From assembly GCA_022820485.1 (NCBI GenBank), contig JAJEFJ010000031.1, forward strand, positions 2,491-66,490: a stretch of 64,000 nt of DNA, written 5' to 3'. This DNA comes from Candidatus Latescibacterota bacterium. GTDB taxonomy: Bacteria > Latescibacterota > UBA2968 > UBA8231. Below the pieces are notes generated by a model. That model saw nothing but the letters and a program-made list of their open reading frames with translations. It was not told the origin of the DNA and did no database searches. Both the position numbers and the translations under genes were made by a program. Positions 1 through 9,810 of this stretch are shown piece after piece (positions within the stretch are counted from its first letter, which is position 1; the number at the start of each line of letters is the position of its first letter).

Positions 1-891
1 CGCCACGAGCATGGGCACGCGCCCCCGCACCCACGGCTGCATGACCAACGCCAAGCGCGTCCGCCGCCGCAGGGCTGCTTCGTCCGCACCCGCAGCGTGC
101 GCCCGCGCCACCCGCGCCGCGTCAATGGCGCTGATAACGTGATTGATCAAAATGATCCCACTTATCGTGGAAGCTCGCTTGAGAAAGCGATTGCTCTCGT
201 CGCGTTGGTCTTCGTAGCGGAGCCGTCGCTCGGAATGGAAATTTTCGACTGAATCGACTTCAGTCGGCGCGGCGGCATTGCCGATACTGCCATCGCTCCT
301 CACGCGCTTCAGATCTTTCCAACCGGCGACATATTGATCGTATTTGCCAATCAGCTCGTAGTATTGCTGAATCTGGCTCGGCGCACATCCGCCAAAATCC
401 GCATTCCCCGACTGCTGCATCGCCGGAATGTACACTTCGACAACTTCGCTACTGCAAGGCAACGCGTGTGTGATCGACGAATTGTTCGAGATCGTCGAGC
501 CGCGCCAAGCTAGGTAGTTGAGCGGATCCCAGTGCTCGTCGGCCACCGCCCGGAACTCTTCCTCCAAATCGTTGCCCTTGCCCGTCCAAGCCACCCACAT
601 ACCCACCAGCGCGGCTTCGGCTCCGAAGAAAATCAACCCTCGCTTCTTCGATCCCGCATACCACTCGCCCAACCCCGGTACCAGCGCAGAAAACAAAAAC
701 GCCCGCTTGGACGACTTGCCCTTGCGCTCCTGCGTTCGCAGGGTCGGCTCAGGACCGGCATCGCCTTCCACCGCCCGCAATCCCACCAAGAACGCCTGCC
801 CCTCCTCGCTCAAAATACTCGGCAATCCCTCGGCTCGGACGCCGCCAGCAGTTAGCACCGCAACCACCAGCGCGATTCCTATCCTCGTCAT
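1..891 (-). CDS. DUF5683-like membrane protein (3' end runs off the window)
   Basis: Not in the ORF track because it has no stop in the window. ATG at 891 follows an AAGGAG RBS. My translation gives a signal peptide MTRIGIALVVAVLTAGGVRA, KSSKRAFLFSALVPGLGEWYAG and NHVISAIDA, motifs typical of DUF5683-type proteins. Confidence 0.7.
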   Translation of the reverse strand, partial: MTRIGIALVVAVLTAGGVRAEGLPSILSEEGQAFLVGLRAVEGDAGPEPTLRTQERKGKSSKRAFLFSALVPGLGEWYAGSKKRGLIFFGAEAALVGMWVAWTGKGNDLEEEFRAVADEHWDPLNYLAWRGSTISNNSSITHALPCSSEVVEVYIPAMQQSGNADFGGCAPSQIQQYYELIGKYDQYVAGWKDLKRVRSDGSIGNAAAPTEVDSVENFHSERRLRYEDQRDESNRFLKRASTISGIILINHVISAIDAARVARAHAAGADEAALRRRTRLALVMQPWVRGRVPMLVA

Positions 892-943
892 GCTTACTCC
901 TTTCCATTGCGGCAGCAGACAAAACGCGACCAGCTATTATACC

Positions 944-1678
944 CTAATCACCTTCATCTTCGAGATGATTTCTCAATACATTCTTGACGTAAGCCGGCGT
1001 TTCTTCTCCAACTTTTTCTGCGGTCTCTTTCAATTGGTCATACTCAGTTACTTCCTCACCTACCCAAAGAATATCCAGTCTGCGAATCTCTCGCATTGCT
1101 ACATGACTATAGGATTCTGGAAACGCCCAATAGCATGACCGGCAATTGCTGACTCCTTTCAATTTCCAATTTTCGCAATTCTCGCAACTCCATGACTTTG
1201 CCCGATTTGCAGATGGGCATATCAGCATGTACTCCTCAGAATCCTCCGACAGATCTATGTCGTCTCCAGCGATTTCGAATGGAATTCTATGGTCGATTTG
1301 CAGTTCGCGCTCAGGGAATGGTTCAAGATAGATATTGCAGCGAGCACCATGTTTTTCTATTAGCGTATTCTTCAGATCAGAAGAGAACGCCGTCCTCCCT
1401 GATAACTGAGCAGCGCGAACGTCTGATGGATTGCCAAACTTGTACGCGGCGATTTTCCTCCCATCAGAGCCGGTTACGCGAAACGTCTCTATCGGAATCC
1501 CCTGCTCTCGAACGTCTCTGATTGCTCGTGGCGGATGGTTGTAGCCGTAAATATCCTTGAGTTCCTCTGTCGTGATTTGTCCATTTTCAAGAATGTGCTC
1601 AATGACCGTTCTAGGTCTTTTCGCCTGCACGCTCTTCAGCAGGTCTAAAAAGTCTGGAGGATAGTTCTTTTTGCTCAT
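944..1678 (-). CDS. HNH endonuclease with N-terminal HTH, putative type II restriction endonuclease
   Basis: QIDHRIP...CPSANRAK HNH-like core with CENC and CRSC Zn pairs; overlaps the methylase stop by 4 nt; lower GC than the flanks. Confidence 0.75.
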   Translation of the reverse strand: MSKKNYPPDFLDLLKSVQAKRPRTVIEHILENGQITTEELKDIYGYNHPPRAIRDVREQGIPIETFRVTGSDGRKIAAYKFGNPSDVRAAQLSGRTAFSSDLKNTLIEKHGARCNIYLEPFPERELQIDHRIPFEIAGDDIDLSEDSEEYMLICPSANRAKSWSCENCENWKLKGVSNCRSCYWAFPESYSHVAMREIRRLDILWVGEEVTEYDQLKETAEKVGEETPAYVKNVLRNHLEDEGD

Positions 1679-2592
1679 TCCAAAGCGAGCTCCTGCTGAA
1701 TTTGCGGTATTCTATCATGTCTCTGACCATCGTTCAGGCGTTCCACTAAAGCAGGCGAAAGATACAGAGATTCGACAGTCTCGTGCTTGTCGCCCAAGAG
1801 TGTCGCTTGGCTCGAGCGACCGGCGCTAATGTGCAAATGAGCTAGGGAAAGCGACCGAGGGAGTGGTTTGCCGTGACTTTTTTCGCCGGTTTTCCCGTCG
1901 TAGCTCGCTATGTAAGAAAGCCTCCGATCATTCATGGCTTGCAGTGCGTCTGCGAACTCGGCATAGTTTAGCCCGCTACAATACCTATGATCTCTCGTAA
2001 AGGACGTGCCTTGATAGGGCGGATCCATGTAAATGAGATCCTCTTTTGCGGCCTCTGCGACCATCTTACGGAAATCTACTGCGGAAAGGAGGGTTTTCCC
2101 GGCAAGCAGGGCGTGAACACCGAGTATCTGGCGCTGCATAAGTATAGGACGCATACCCGACCGCCGGTTATCCGCGCTTTGATTAAATAGGCCCTCGGCA
2201 CTGTACCGCACCGAGCCTTTTACTATGCGCGCTAGCAGATAGAGCAAGTGATGAGGTTGGTGTGCAGCATTGAACTTGTCGCGGATGTCGAGGAAGAAGG
2301 CCCTTTTATCCGGGTGTTGTTCCGTCCACAACTGCTCGTAGTTTTTGCTCAACTCATTTGGCCGCTGCAAAATTTCTTCCCACAGCGCCATTAAAGGTTC
2401 GTTCAAATCATTGAGCCAAAATCGTTTTGCGAGCCCGTGCGCAGCAGCAGCAAGAGAAATGGCACCAGACCCGCAAAAAGGCTCAATGAGGCAATCGACA
2501 TCGTGCGGAAAATGCGCAAGGATATGCCGTGCAATACCGCGCTTACTACCCTGATAGGGGAATGGATGCGGAATTGCCATGTGCTGTAACAT
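1675..2592 (-). CDS. DNA adenine methyltransferase (Dam/D12 class, m6A)
   Basis: PYQGSK, EPFCGSGA (SAM-binding motif I) and YMDPPY (motif IV). Confidence 0.92.
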   Translation of the reverse strand: MLQHMAIPHPFPYQGSKRGIARHILAHFPHDVDCLIEPFCGSGAISLAAAAHGLAKRFWLNDLNEPLMALWEEILQRPNELSKNYEQLWTEQHPDKRAFFLDIRDKFNAAHQPHHLLYLLARIVKGSVRYSAEGLFNQSADNRRSGMRPILMQRQILGVHALLAGKTLLSAVDFRKMVAEAAKEDLIYMDPPYQGTSFTRDHRYCSGLNYAEFADALQAMNDRRLSYIASYDGKTGEKSHGKPLPRSLSLAHLHISAGRSSQATLLGDKHETVESLYLSPALVERLNDGQRHDRIPQIQQELALE

Positions 2593-2730
2593 CTCTACCC
2601 CCTCCGCATCACGACAATGCGGTTTGAATCGGTTCCGCGCTTGTTGTTGTCAACGCCCCACATGTTCGAGGCTTGGTAAACGTCTATTCGTTGATTACGA
2701 CGCAATGTGCGCCCCTAACAATCTGCGTTT

Positions 2731-5700
2731 CTACAAATACCCAAACAACACCGTAAAATAAGACTTCCACCGCCCCTTATCTGGCACCTCGTCAATCCCA
2801 TAAGCCACATCCACCTGCACCCGCGTCGGGATGCTGTAATATGAAATCAAGTCAAACCGCAACTGCCCCCCCACATCCCGCAGCGGGCCGTCGCGTCCAT
2901 AGCGTTCGTTCCACTCACCTATGCTCCGATCCCAAGCCTTGCCCATGCTGCCGTACACCGCGCCATACACTTTGTCGAAATATAGCTGCGCAATGCGCTT
3001 GTCCATATTCGGCAGCAGGGGAAAGCGCAGCGTCGCCGTGCCCATCAGGGCCTTGCGCCCCTCAATGCTGTAAAACGTATAGCCCTTCATAAAGTTGAGA
3101 CCACCGAGGCGATAGTCGAAGAAATCGCCGACCCGCGACGTGTCAGTGACTGCCTCGCTGTCGATCCAGCCGCCGTATAGCCGCAGGCCCAAGCGACTAT
3201 TGCCCGGCATGCTCATGTGCTCTCGCCAATCGACGGTAAACTGATTGTAGAACAGCTTGATATAGTTCTCGTCGATAAAAGATGCCTGCTCGTTGAAGCC
3301 GTCGATGAAATAGTTGAACATCCGGTCGTAGCGTGCGTAGAGCTGGCGACCCACAGGGCTTATATCGCGGTCCCGCCGCCGCGCAATCATCTCCAGCCGA
3401 TAGGTCAGCCCCAGCCCAAAGCCATTGAGATAGGTATAGCCAAAGGGCCGCTGGGCAGTGCGCTCAAATCCGACCTGTCCGTCGCCTTTGCAGACGAGGC
3501 AGTCGCTCTCGACACTGGCGTCGTAGCGTTCGTACGTGGCCGAGGCCGTCAGCTCCCCGTAGCGCCCCAATTTGCCGCGCACCCCTGCGTTTAACTGGCT
3601 CAGGTTGTAGTTGACGGCGTTGACAATGATCGTCCGCGCCTCCGAGCTATCGCCGCGAGCTGAGTGTCGGTGCTGATTGAATAGCTGTAAAAAGAAAGTA
3701 GGACGGAATCCCTTAAACTCGTATATGGCGAACAAATCGCGGTCGGTATTGGTCGGCGCGATGGCTCCCCCGGCGAATACGCTCTGGCGATTGAGCACAT
3801 CGCCAGCACTGAGGTACGCACCTGCCTTGAAGTACCCTTCGTCAATGAATATCCTCGGCAGAATCCCTGTCTTGAGAAAGTCAATGCCATACGCTTGCGG
3901 CGCGCTCGGCAACGCGGCCACGGACGTACCGCCCCAATCCAGCGACAAATCCTGAGAAAACCACGCCTCTGCAGCCGCCACCGGCATCCCCTCGTCCTGC
4001 AACCGGCGGATCTCAAAACCAGCCGCCGTATAAGCCGTAAAGACGACCTCACCCTCCGCGCCGACTGATGGGCTAAACGCGCCGCCAACAGTATTAGTTA
4101 TCTGCCGCAGCGCACGCGTCTCTAAGTTCAGCGCATAGATATTGAAAATGCCGCTGAAATCCGACGCAAATACGAGCTCCGCGCCGTCTGCGCTCCACGC
4201 GGGGTCGCGGTCCGTACCCGGCGTGGCAATGGCGAGATCGAATGATTCTTCGGCGAGCAGAGCTCCCCCTGCGTCCAATTCCACCACGGCAATGTTGCGC
4301 TGCCCCTCGCGCGCAATCGCAAACGCCAGCTTGCGGCCGTCGGGCGAAAAGCGCGGCGTGTAAAGCTGGGTGCCATCCGCGAAATGAGTTAGATAGCGCA
4401 GGTCCGTGCCGTCGGCCCGCACCATCGCCAAGTTGTTGCTAGTGCCCTTGTTCTGCACGAAAACGATCCACTCGCCATCGGGAGAATAGGTCGGATATAG
4501 CGCACGCATCCCGCGCGTCAGCCGCCTAACACTCGGCGGCTCCGGTGCCGTGCCGCTGACCATAGCCGGCACAAACCACAGCATATTGCGCCAAAAACTA
4601 GGACCGGCGGCCGCAGAATCCCATTCGTAAATATCCGCCTGCCGCGAACCGTATTTGTCCGCCCGGTCGATGCGCGAAAAGAGCAGCTTGCGCCCGTCCG
4701 GCGACCAATCCACGGTCGAAGCTGCTGCCGGAAACGCGGCGATTTCCTCCTCGCCGGTAGCGAGGTCGCGCACGATCAAGCCGTGTGGGTAGTGGTGCCG
4801 CTTGCGCGTCGATAGATACGCCAATTTTTCGCCATTGGGCGCCAGCCGCGGCCGCAGATTGGAAAAGCCGACATCCACGATCCGCTCGCCCTCGCGCAGC
4901 GGCCCCAACGCCGCTACCTGCGCCCGATAGCCCTGTCGCATGGACTCGATCCACTCGTCGTACAGCTCGTCCGCGCTCTTGCCCAAGACCTTTTTGCACG
5001 CCCCGTCAATGGCGAGGGTATGCCACTGCGACGCGGCCCGGTACAGTTCGGCGACTTTTTCTTCCCCGTACGTCTCGGCAATGTAGCGCACCAAGCCAAA
5101 GCCGTGATCGTACACGTATTCGTTGCCAAAGCCCTGCTTGCCAAAGACGCCCATCTGCTCAAAGGATAGCTGCTCGTCCGCCAGCACCAACGAGCGGAGC
5201 ACCATGTCGCGGTTGGCATCCCAGCGGTCGTGTCCCGTAGTCGCAGTACCATATTGGGCCGCGCCCTCAGCCAACCACATCGGCATCACCGTACCCATCA
5301 CCGGATAGGACGCGATGACATCTGGGTAGCCGATGAGAATGTCAGGCCGATTTTTCTCTCGCTGGTAGCCAAAGTACTGCAAGTAGAGCGCGGGGACGCG
5401 CTGCACGCCTTTGCGCGCTGCCCCCAGCGAAATGATGTGGGCAAACTCGTGGGTTATTACGTTGCGCAGCCAGTCCGAACTGCCGCGCAAGTCGAAGTCG
5501 TGGTCCAGCGACGTGGCCCAAATCTCAATGGTGTCTTGATAGAAAAAAGCCGCGCCATTGGCGTAATCGTCGTGGTCCTTGAGCACGATCCGCACGCGCC
5601 CGTCAGGCTCGTACCCATACAGTTCGGTAAGGGGTGCGTACGCCGCTTCGGCAATGCGCGCCGCCCGCGCCGCCGCTCCTTCCAGCCCCTCGTGGTAAAA

Positions 5701-5820
5701 AATGCGGAAGTGCTCGGTCTCTACCACCTGCCACGCCAACTCCGGGTGGTTTTGGGCGCGGGATGCGCTCGTCCAGCCGAGCATTAGGCCGACCAGCAGC
5801 AGGGTCGTCAATTTCCCCAT
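2731..5820 (-). CDS. Gluzincin (HEXXH) + PD40/TolB-like propeller + Omp85/BamA-type barrel outer-membrane protein
   Basis: Signal peptide; THEFAH followed by WLAEG; repeated WSPDG/YSPDG/FSPDG/WSADG; C-terminal LGGLNFMKGY and alternating beta-strands ending YFTVLFGYL. Confidence 0.78.
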   Translation of the reverse strand: MGKLTTLLLVGLMLGWTSASRAQNHPELAWQVVETEHFRIFYHEGLEGAAARAARIAEAAYAPLTELYGYEPDGRVRIVLKDHDDYANGAAFFYQDTIEIWATSLDHDFDLRGSSDWLRNVITHEFAHIISLGAARKGVQRVPALYLQYFGYQREKNRPDILIGYPDVIASYPVMGTVMPMWLAEGAAQYGTATTGHDRWDANRDMVLRSLVLADEQLSFEQMGVFGKQGFGNEYVYDHGFGLVRYIAETYGEEKVAELYRAASQWHTLAIDGACKKVLGKSADELYDEWIESMRQGYRAQVAALGPLREGERIVDVGFSNLRPRLAPNGEKLAYLSTRKRHHYPHGLIVRDLATGEEEIAAFPAAASTVDWSPDGRKLLFSRIDRADKYGSRQADIYEWDSAAAGPSFWRNMLWFVPAMVSGTAPEPPSVRRLTRGMRALYPTYSPDGEWIVFVQNKGTSNNLAMVRADGTDLRYLTHFADGTQLYTPRFSPDGRKLAFAIAREGQRNIAVVELDAGGALLAEESFDLAIATPGTDRDPAWSADGAELVFASDFSGIFNIYALNLETRALRQITNTVGGAFSPSVGAEGEVVFTAYTAAGFEIRRLQDEGMPVAAAEAWFSQDLSLDWGGTSVAALPSAPQAYGIDFLKTGILPRIFIDEGYFKAGAYLSAGDVLNRQSVFAGGAIAPTNTDRDLFAIYEFKGFRPTFFLQLFNQHRHSARGDSSEARTIIVNAVNYNLSQLNAGVRGKLGRYGELTASATYERYDASVESDCLVCKGDGQVGFERTAQRPFGYTYLNGFGLGLTYRLEMIARRRDRDISPVGRQLYARYDRMFNYFIDGFNEQASFIDENYIKLFYNQFTVDWREHMSMPGNSRLGLRLYGGWIDSEAVTDTSRVGDFFDYRLGGLNFMKGYTFYSIEGRKALMGTATLRFPLLPNMDKRIAQLYFDKVYGAVYGSMGKAWDRSIGEWNERYGRDGPLRDVGGQLRFDLISYYSIPTRVQVDVAYGIDEVPDKGRWKSYFTVLFGYL

Positions 5821-5900
5821 AGAAGAGTCCTCCTCAACTCGTAACCTCTAAAAGGCGATCTCACTGTTGCAAAGGCACTCCTCTTCCAATTCCTAATTCT
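5786..5900 (-). repeat. Duplicated leader + RBS + first ~12 codons, copy A (Omp85 gene)
   Basis: Shares CAGCAGGGTCGTCAATTTCC, GAGTCCTCCTCA and TCACTGyTGCAAAGGCACTCCTCTT with 9776-9920. Confidence 0.9.
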
Positions 5901-5918
5901 CAATTCCCAATTCCCAAC
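5887..5918. repeat. Degenerate heptamer tandem repeat (AATTCCT/AATTCCC)
   Basis: caattcctaattctcaattcccaattcccaac. Confidence 0.8.
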
Positions 5919-8645
5919 TCACTGACTCACCGCCATTTTGACCACGGCTTCCCCGCGCCGTCCGTCGTCGCCGTGCGCGATCAAGCGGCATAGATACAGG
6001 CCGCTCGCATAGCCTTCCACCGACCAAGTAATTTCGCGCTCGCCAGCTTCCAAGCCCTCCTTGCGAAGCTGGCTAACGTGCCCGCCCAACGCATCAAACA
6101 CCTCCAATTCAATGCGTCCAGCCACGCTCAGCGCAAAGCGCAAATGCGCCGCTTCACCGGGGCCAACTGGATTGGGATAGCAATAGACCCGGCTTAGCAA
6201 GAGCACCTCGGGCCTTACAACGGGCCGACCAGCCACCAGCGCGGTCCGCGACCCAGCCGCATCGGCACCCGCCTGCGGCCAATGGGCCGGCCCGCCGGTG
6301 TACTGCGCCGCTACCCGCTGCAAATCCCACGCATACACAGCCGTGCTATCCAAAGCCGCTAGCGCCAACCGGCCATCGCCGTCTAAATCCACTACCACCG
6401 GCGACCCCGTCGGGGGAGCAGCCGTCAGCAGAGGAAAGCCCGGCAAGAGCCGTCCATCGTCATCTACGCCAAAAATCCCGCTGTGGCCGGCGACGAATAT
6501 CTCCTGTTTGCCGTCGGCATCCACGTCGCAAAGCACCGGCTCAAAGACCAGATCGCCGACCTCGGCAAAGCGCGGCAAGGCCGTGGGAAAGTCGGCTTGG
6601 CGCAATCCGTCGATGCGCAGGGCGTGTACCGCTCCACCACGTGCAAGTAAAACCACCTCCAACAGGCCATCACCGTCCAAATCGCCCAAGACCGGCGGCG
6701 CGGCGAGCGAATCGCCCAACTCGACGACCTGTGCTCCGATCTCAACCTGTCCGCCGACCGTGGCAAAGATCGGCTCGACTTGACCATCGCCATCCAAATC
6801 GCCTACCGCCGAGGGCACCATCGGCGGTCTTTGTTCCTCTAACTCGCCGCTTATGGCATCTACCACATAGGTCTGTTCCGCTCCAGCGAGTAACAACTCG
6901 GCCTCCGCCCCCGCGCTGAACTGCGCGTCCAACGGTACCTCATCCAGCGCAAGCCGCCACCGCGGTTGGTCCGCCCCAACGTCCCACGCGCTAATCTCTG
7001 CGTCGCGCCGCAAAAAAACCTCGGGCCGGCCATCGCCATCTCCGTCTCCAGCCGCCAGCAACCGCGCTTCTGGCACTTGCCATGCCGCCACGCCATCTCC
7101 GGTCGCATAGCCGACTCCCCCCTCGGCCTCAAAGAGCAACTCTGCTATTCCGTCGCCGTCCAGATCCGCGGCTTGCAGCCGACCATCGCCCAGCAAATCC
7201 CGTGGCCAGCCCGGGCGCACGCGCCCGAAGCGTATGGCCACCTGCATGGTATCGCCGGGTGCGGAAAGCACTTCAATTTCAACGTCGGTCTCCCACTCCC
7301 GATTACTGCGCGAATCGGGCCGCGTCGCCGGGCCGAACAGCGTTTGTCCGCCGCCGAAAAACGGGTCGTCGGGCCATCCCTCGAATTGCAACTCCCACGC
7401 ACGGCGTGGATTGCCAATGTCGCGGTACCCGTCGGCCTCCTCCAAGGCAATTGCCGGCCAATGGGCTCGATTATTCACCGTGGAGTCTTCAGCGTGCGCT
7501 ATCACGCCCTCATCCACGTGCCATATCAGCACTCCCGACCCCGGGACAAAGGCGTCGTATTCGTCGATCTCCGTCCACACGCTCTCTTCTATAGTGATCT
7601 GATCGGGATCGATCCACACCTTATTTTCGTCTTCCCCAACGCCGCGTTGGCCGCGCTGCTGCCTGTTCTCCAGCAAAAAGTACTCGCCTGTGGCAATGGG
7701 AATGCGCACGGCCTTGGGCAGATCTCCACTGCGGTCGGTCGCCAGCAGCGATAGTACGGTATCGCGCCGCACCACCATCGGCTCGATCCACCTTAGCTGC
7801 ATCTTGCTCCAAGCCATGGGGTGCGGCGGCGCGAAACCTCTCACCCACGCAAGGCTGTCGGTCCGCACATAGCCCAAAGCGTTGGCCCCTATGTCCATCA
7901 GACTCCAGCTTCCTAGCGCCGGCGAGCCAGTAGCGAAATTGGACAACCCAGGCAGGCCCAACTGATGGCCAAAGAACTTGGCCAACAAGCCATTGAGACC
8001 GACCCGACCATTGAGGCTGGGCGACTCCGGCAGGATCCATGCCTGCTCTATCTCCACACCACCCACGGTCAGCGGCCCGCCGTTAAAATCCGCAAAATCG
8101 CGCTCGGCTAGGAAGACTGAGCGAATGTCGTTCAGGCCGCCGGTCTCGTAGCCGACCCCGGCGTGGAACACGAGGAAGCTGTTGAATTCGTCCAAGCGCG
8201 GGCCGTCGGGATCGGCCTGCGCGGCGTGGAGGGCAGCGCGCACCAATTCGATCCACTTCGCGCCGATCTCCTGGGTCGTGCGCCCGTTGCCGTAGTGGAG
8301 CATGGATTGGGGAAGCGTGTACGCCTGCTGTGCGGCGCGGGGGAATACCTCGGCGGAAATCGCCACCCGACCTGCGGAAACGACCTCGTAATAACGCGCC
8401 AGGGCGGTCAAATGCCGCTCGAAATAAGCGCGGTCGTGCGGCGGCAGGTCATAGGGAAGCACGTAATCTTCTGCCGCTTCCTCTTCCTGCGCCGAGCGCA
8501 GATCAAACGCGCCGATTCCCGTGGTTGTCAGCTCATCGGGATTTTCGTGCGGAAAATCCACGCGCAAGGCCAAAATTCGCCACTCGGCGTCAGCGTCGGT
8601 GGCCGCTGACAACAGCAGTGAGAAGCAGAAGCCTAAGAGAAGCAA
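5919..8645 (-). CDS. Secreted M6 (immune inhibitor A)-like domain + FG-GAP/VCBS repeats + T9SS type A-like CTD; zinc motif degenerate
   Basis: ILALRVDF, VFHAGVG, GHQLGLP, WSLMD, EYFLLENR and GVLIWHVDE are M6-like; several DLDGDG repeats; C-terminal YCYPNP...ASGLYLCRL. TTG start is uncertain. Confidence 0.8.
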   Translation of the reverse strand: MLLLGFCFSLLLSAATDADAEWRILALRVDFPHENPDELTTTGIGAFDLRSAQEEEAAEDYVLPYDLPPHDRAYFERHLTALARYYEVVSAGRVAISAEVFPRAAQQAYTLPQSMLHYGNGRTTQEIGAKWIELVRAALHAAQADPDGPRLDEFNSFLVFHAGVGYETGGLNDIRSVFLAERDFADFNGGPLTVGGVEIEQAWILPESPSLNGRVGLNGLLAKFFGHQLGLPGLSNFATGSPALGSWSLMDIGANALGYVRTDSLAWVRGFAPPHPMAWSKMQLRWIEPMVVRRDTVLSLLATDRSGDLPKAVRIPIATGEYFLLENRQQRGQRGVGEDENKVWIDPDQITIEESVWTEIDEYDAFVPGSGVLIWHVDEGVIAHAEDSTVNNRAHWPAIALEEADGYRDIGNPRRAWELQFEGWPDDPFFGGGQTLFGPATRPDSRSNREWETDVEIEVLSAPGDTMQVAIRFGRVRPGWPRDLLGDGRLQAADLDGDGIAELLFEAEGGVGYATGDGVAAWQVPEARLLAAGDGDGDGRPEVFLRRDAEISAWDVGADQPRWRLALDEVPLDAQFSAGAEAELLLAGAEQTYVVDAISGELEEQRPPMVPSAVGDLDGDGQVEPIFATVGGQVEIGAQVVELGDSLAAPPVLGDLDGDGLLEVVLLARGGAVHALRIDGLRQADFPTALPRFAEVGDLVFEPVLCDVDADGKQEIFVAGHSGIFGVDDDGRLLPGFPLLTAAPPTGSPVVVDLDGDGRLALAALDSTAVYAWDLQRVAAQYTGGPAHWPQAGADAAGSRTALVAGRPVVRPEVLLLSRVYCYPNPVGPGEAAHLRFALSVAGRIELEVFDALGGHVSQLRKEGLEAGEREITWSVEGYASGLYLCRLIAHGDDGRRGEAVVKMAVSQ

Positions 8646-8683
8646 GGGAGCTAAATCGCAGCGTCGCCGCTCGACGCGGCAAC

Positions 8684-8731
8684 GACTCGACGACTCGACT
8701 GAGCTCGCCGAAGTCTGAGCTCGCCGAAGAC
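8684..8731. repeat. Nested REP-like 24-bp imperfect palindrome
   Basis: GACTCGAC[GACTCGACTGAGCTCGCCGAAGTC]TGAGCTCGCCGAAGAC. Confidence 0.8.
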
Positions 8732-8757
8732 AAAACCAGCGTCCGATGGGAACACCC

Positions 8758-9810
8758 TCAGAAAATGATGTTCATGGAAATGGGCGTATTGTCTCCCACC
8801 ACCGTCTCTTCACTACCGATTATATACGCCACGTCAAACTGGAAGCGATTGTATTTTAGCCCAACGCCAAAGGTCTTGGTGCTTACCTCGCCGTCGGTGT
8901 CCTGAGAAAGGCCCGCCCGCAACGCGATAAACGCCTCCCCTTCGCGCGCGGAAAGCCCATATTGGTATTCGCCGCCCACGTGCAGATCCATCTCCTCGAA
9001 CTCGTTGCTCATGCCCTCGTCGGCCCAGGCCTTGGCCAAGTTGCTGACAAAAGACCCATCGGCAATCAGCGGTTTGTACAGGTCAAAGGAGAGCATCAGG
9101 TCGTTGTATTGGGTATCCATCACGTCGTACGCCACCCCGACGACGATGTGCTGGGGCAGCGGATCGGCCTGATCGGCGTCGATATAGGCGATCTTGGGGC
9201 CTAGGTTGCGCAGGGCCGCGCCAAAGCTGAGGCTGGGAGCGGGTTTCCATAAAAAACCCAAATCCGCGGCAAAGCTGTTGCCCACGCCTCGGCCTCGCTC
9301 AATGCCGGCCCCTGCATCGGCCAAGTTGCTGCGGATGAACTTCAAGCCGATACCAGCGGACGTATTGTCGCCGATATGCGCCCCGTAGGCCGCAGACACA
9401 GCCACGTCATAGCTGCGGAAGGTGCCTTGTTGGTTGCCGCGCTCGTCCGTGCGGATCTGCTCGCCTAGATTCAGCAGCGCGACATTGAAGCCAAAGCCAC
9501 CCCATCCTTCCACGGGCTGGGAATAGGCCAGAAACTCGTAAGACAAGTCGTCGGCCAGCTTCGGCAGCCACCTGGTGTGCGAAAGATGGAGCTTTTTCTT
9601 GCTCTGCCCGACCAGCGCGGCTGGGTTGAAGTAGCTCGCCGTGGCATCATCGGCCACCGCCACGTACGATTCGCCCATAGCAATGGCGCGGGAACCCGGC
9701 TCGATCAACAACAGCAGTGGAGCACTGCGGCTCTCGGGCGTGGCCCGGACCCCATCGGGCAATGCGCCGACACAAAGGCCAGCCAACAGCAGGGTCGTCA
9801 ATTTCCTCAT
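8758..9810 (-). CDS. porV: PorV/PorQ-family outer-membrane barrel
   Basis: LLIEPGSRAIAMGESYVAVADDATASYFNPAAL plug motif, GIGLKFIRSNL, terminal Phe; directly downstream of the porU-like gene. Confidence 0.85.
   Translation of the reverse strand: MRKLTTLLLAGLCVGALPDGVRATPESRSAPLLLLIEPGSRAIAMGESYVAVADDATASYFNPAALVGQSKKKLHLSHTRWLPKLADDLSYEFLAYSQPVEGWGGFGFNVALLNLGEQIRTDERGNQQGTFRSYDVAVSAAYGAHIGDNTSAGIGLKFIRSNLADAGAGIERGRGVGNSFAADLGFLWKPAPSLSFGAALRNLGPKIAYIDADQADPLPQHIVVGVAYDVMDTQYNDLMLSFDLYKPLIADGSFVSNLAKAWADEGMSNEFEEMDLHVGGEYQYGLSAREGEAFIALRAGLSQDTDGEVSTKTFGVGLKYNRFQFDVAYIIGSEETVVGDNTPISMNIIF

Noticed and set aside
518-1138. 206-aa plus-strand ORF and the many similar overlapping ORFs
   Set aside because: Antisense or alternate-frame shadows of real genes in GC-rich DNA.
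5860-5890. Sigma54 promoter in the duplicated leader (GG...TTGCA)
   Set aside because: The GG-to-GC spacing is 9 nt rather than 10 and TGGCAC is absent.
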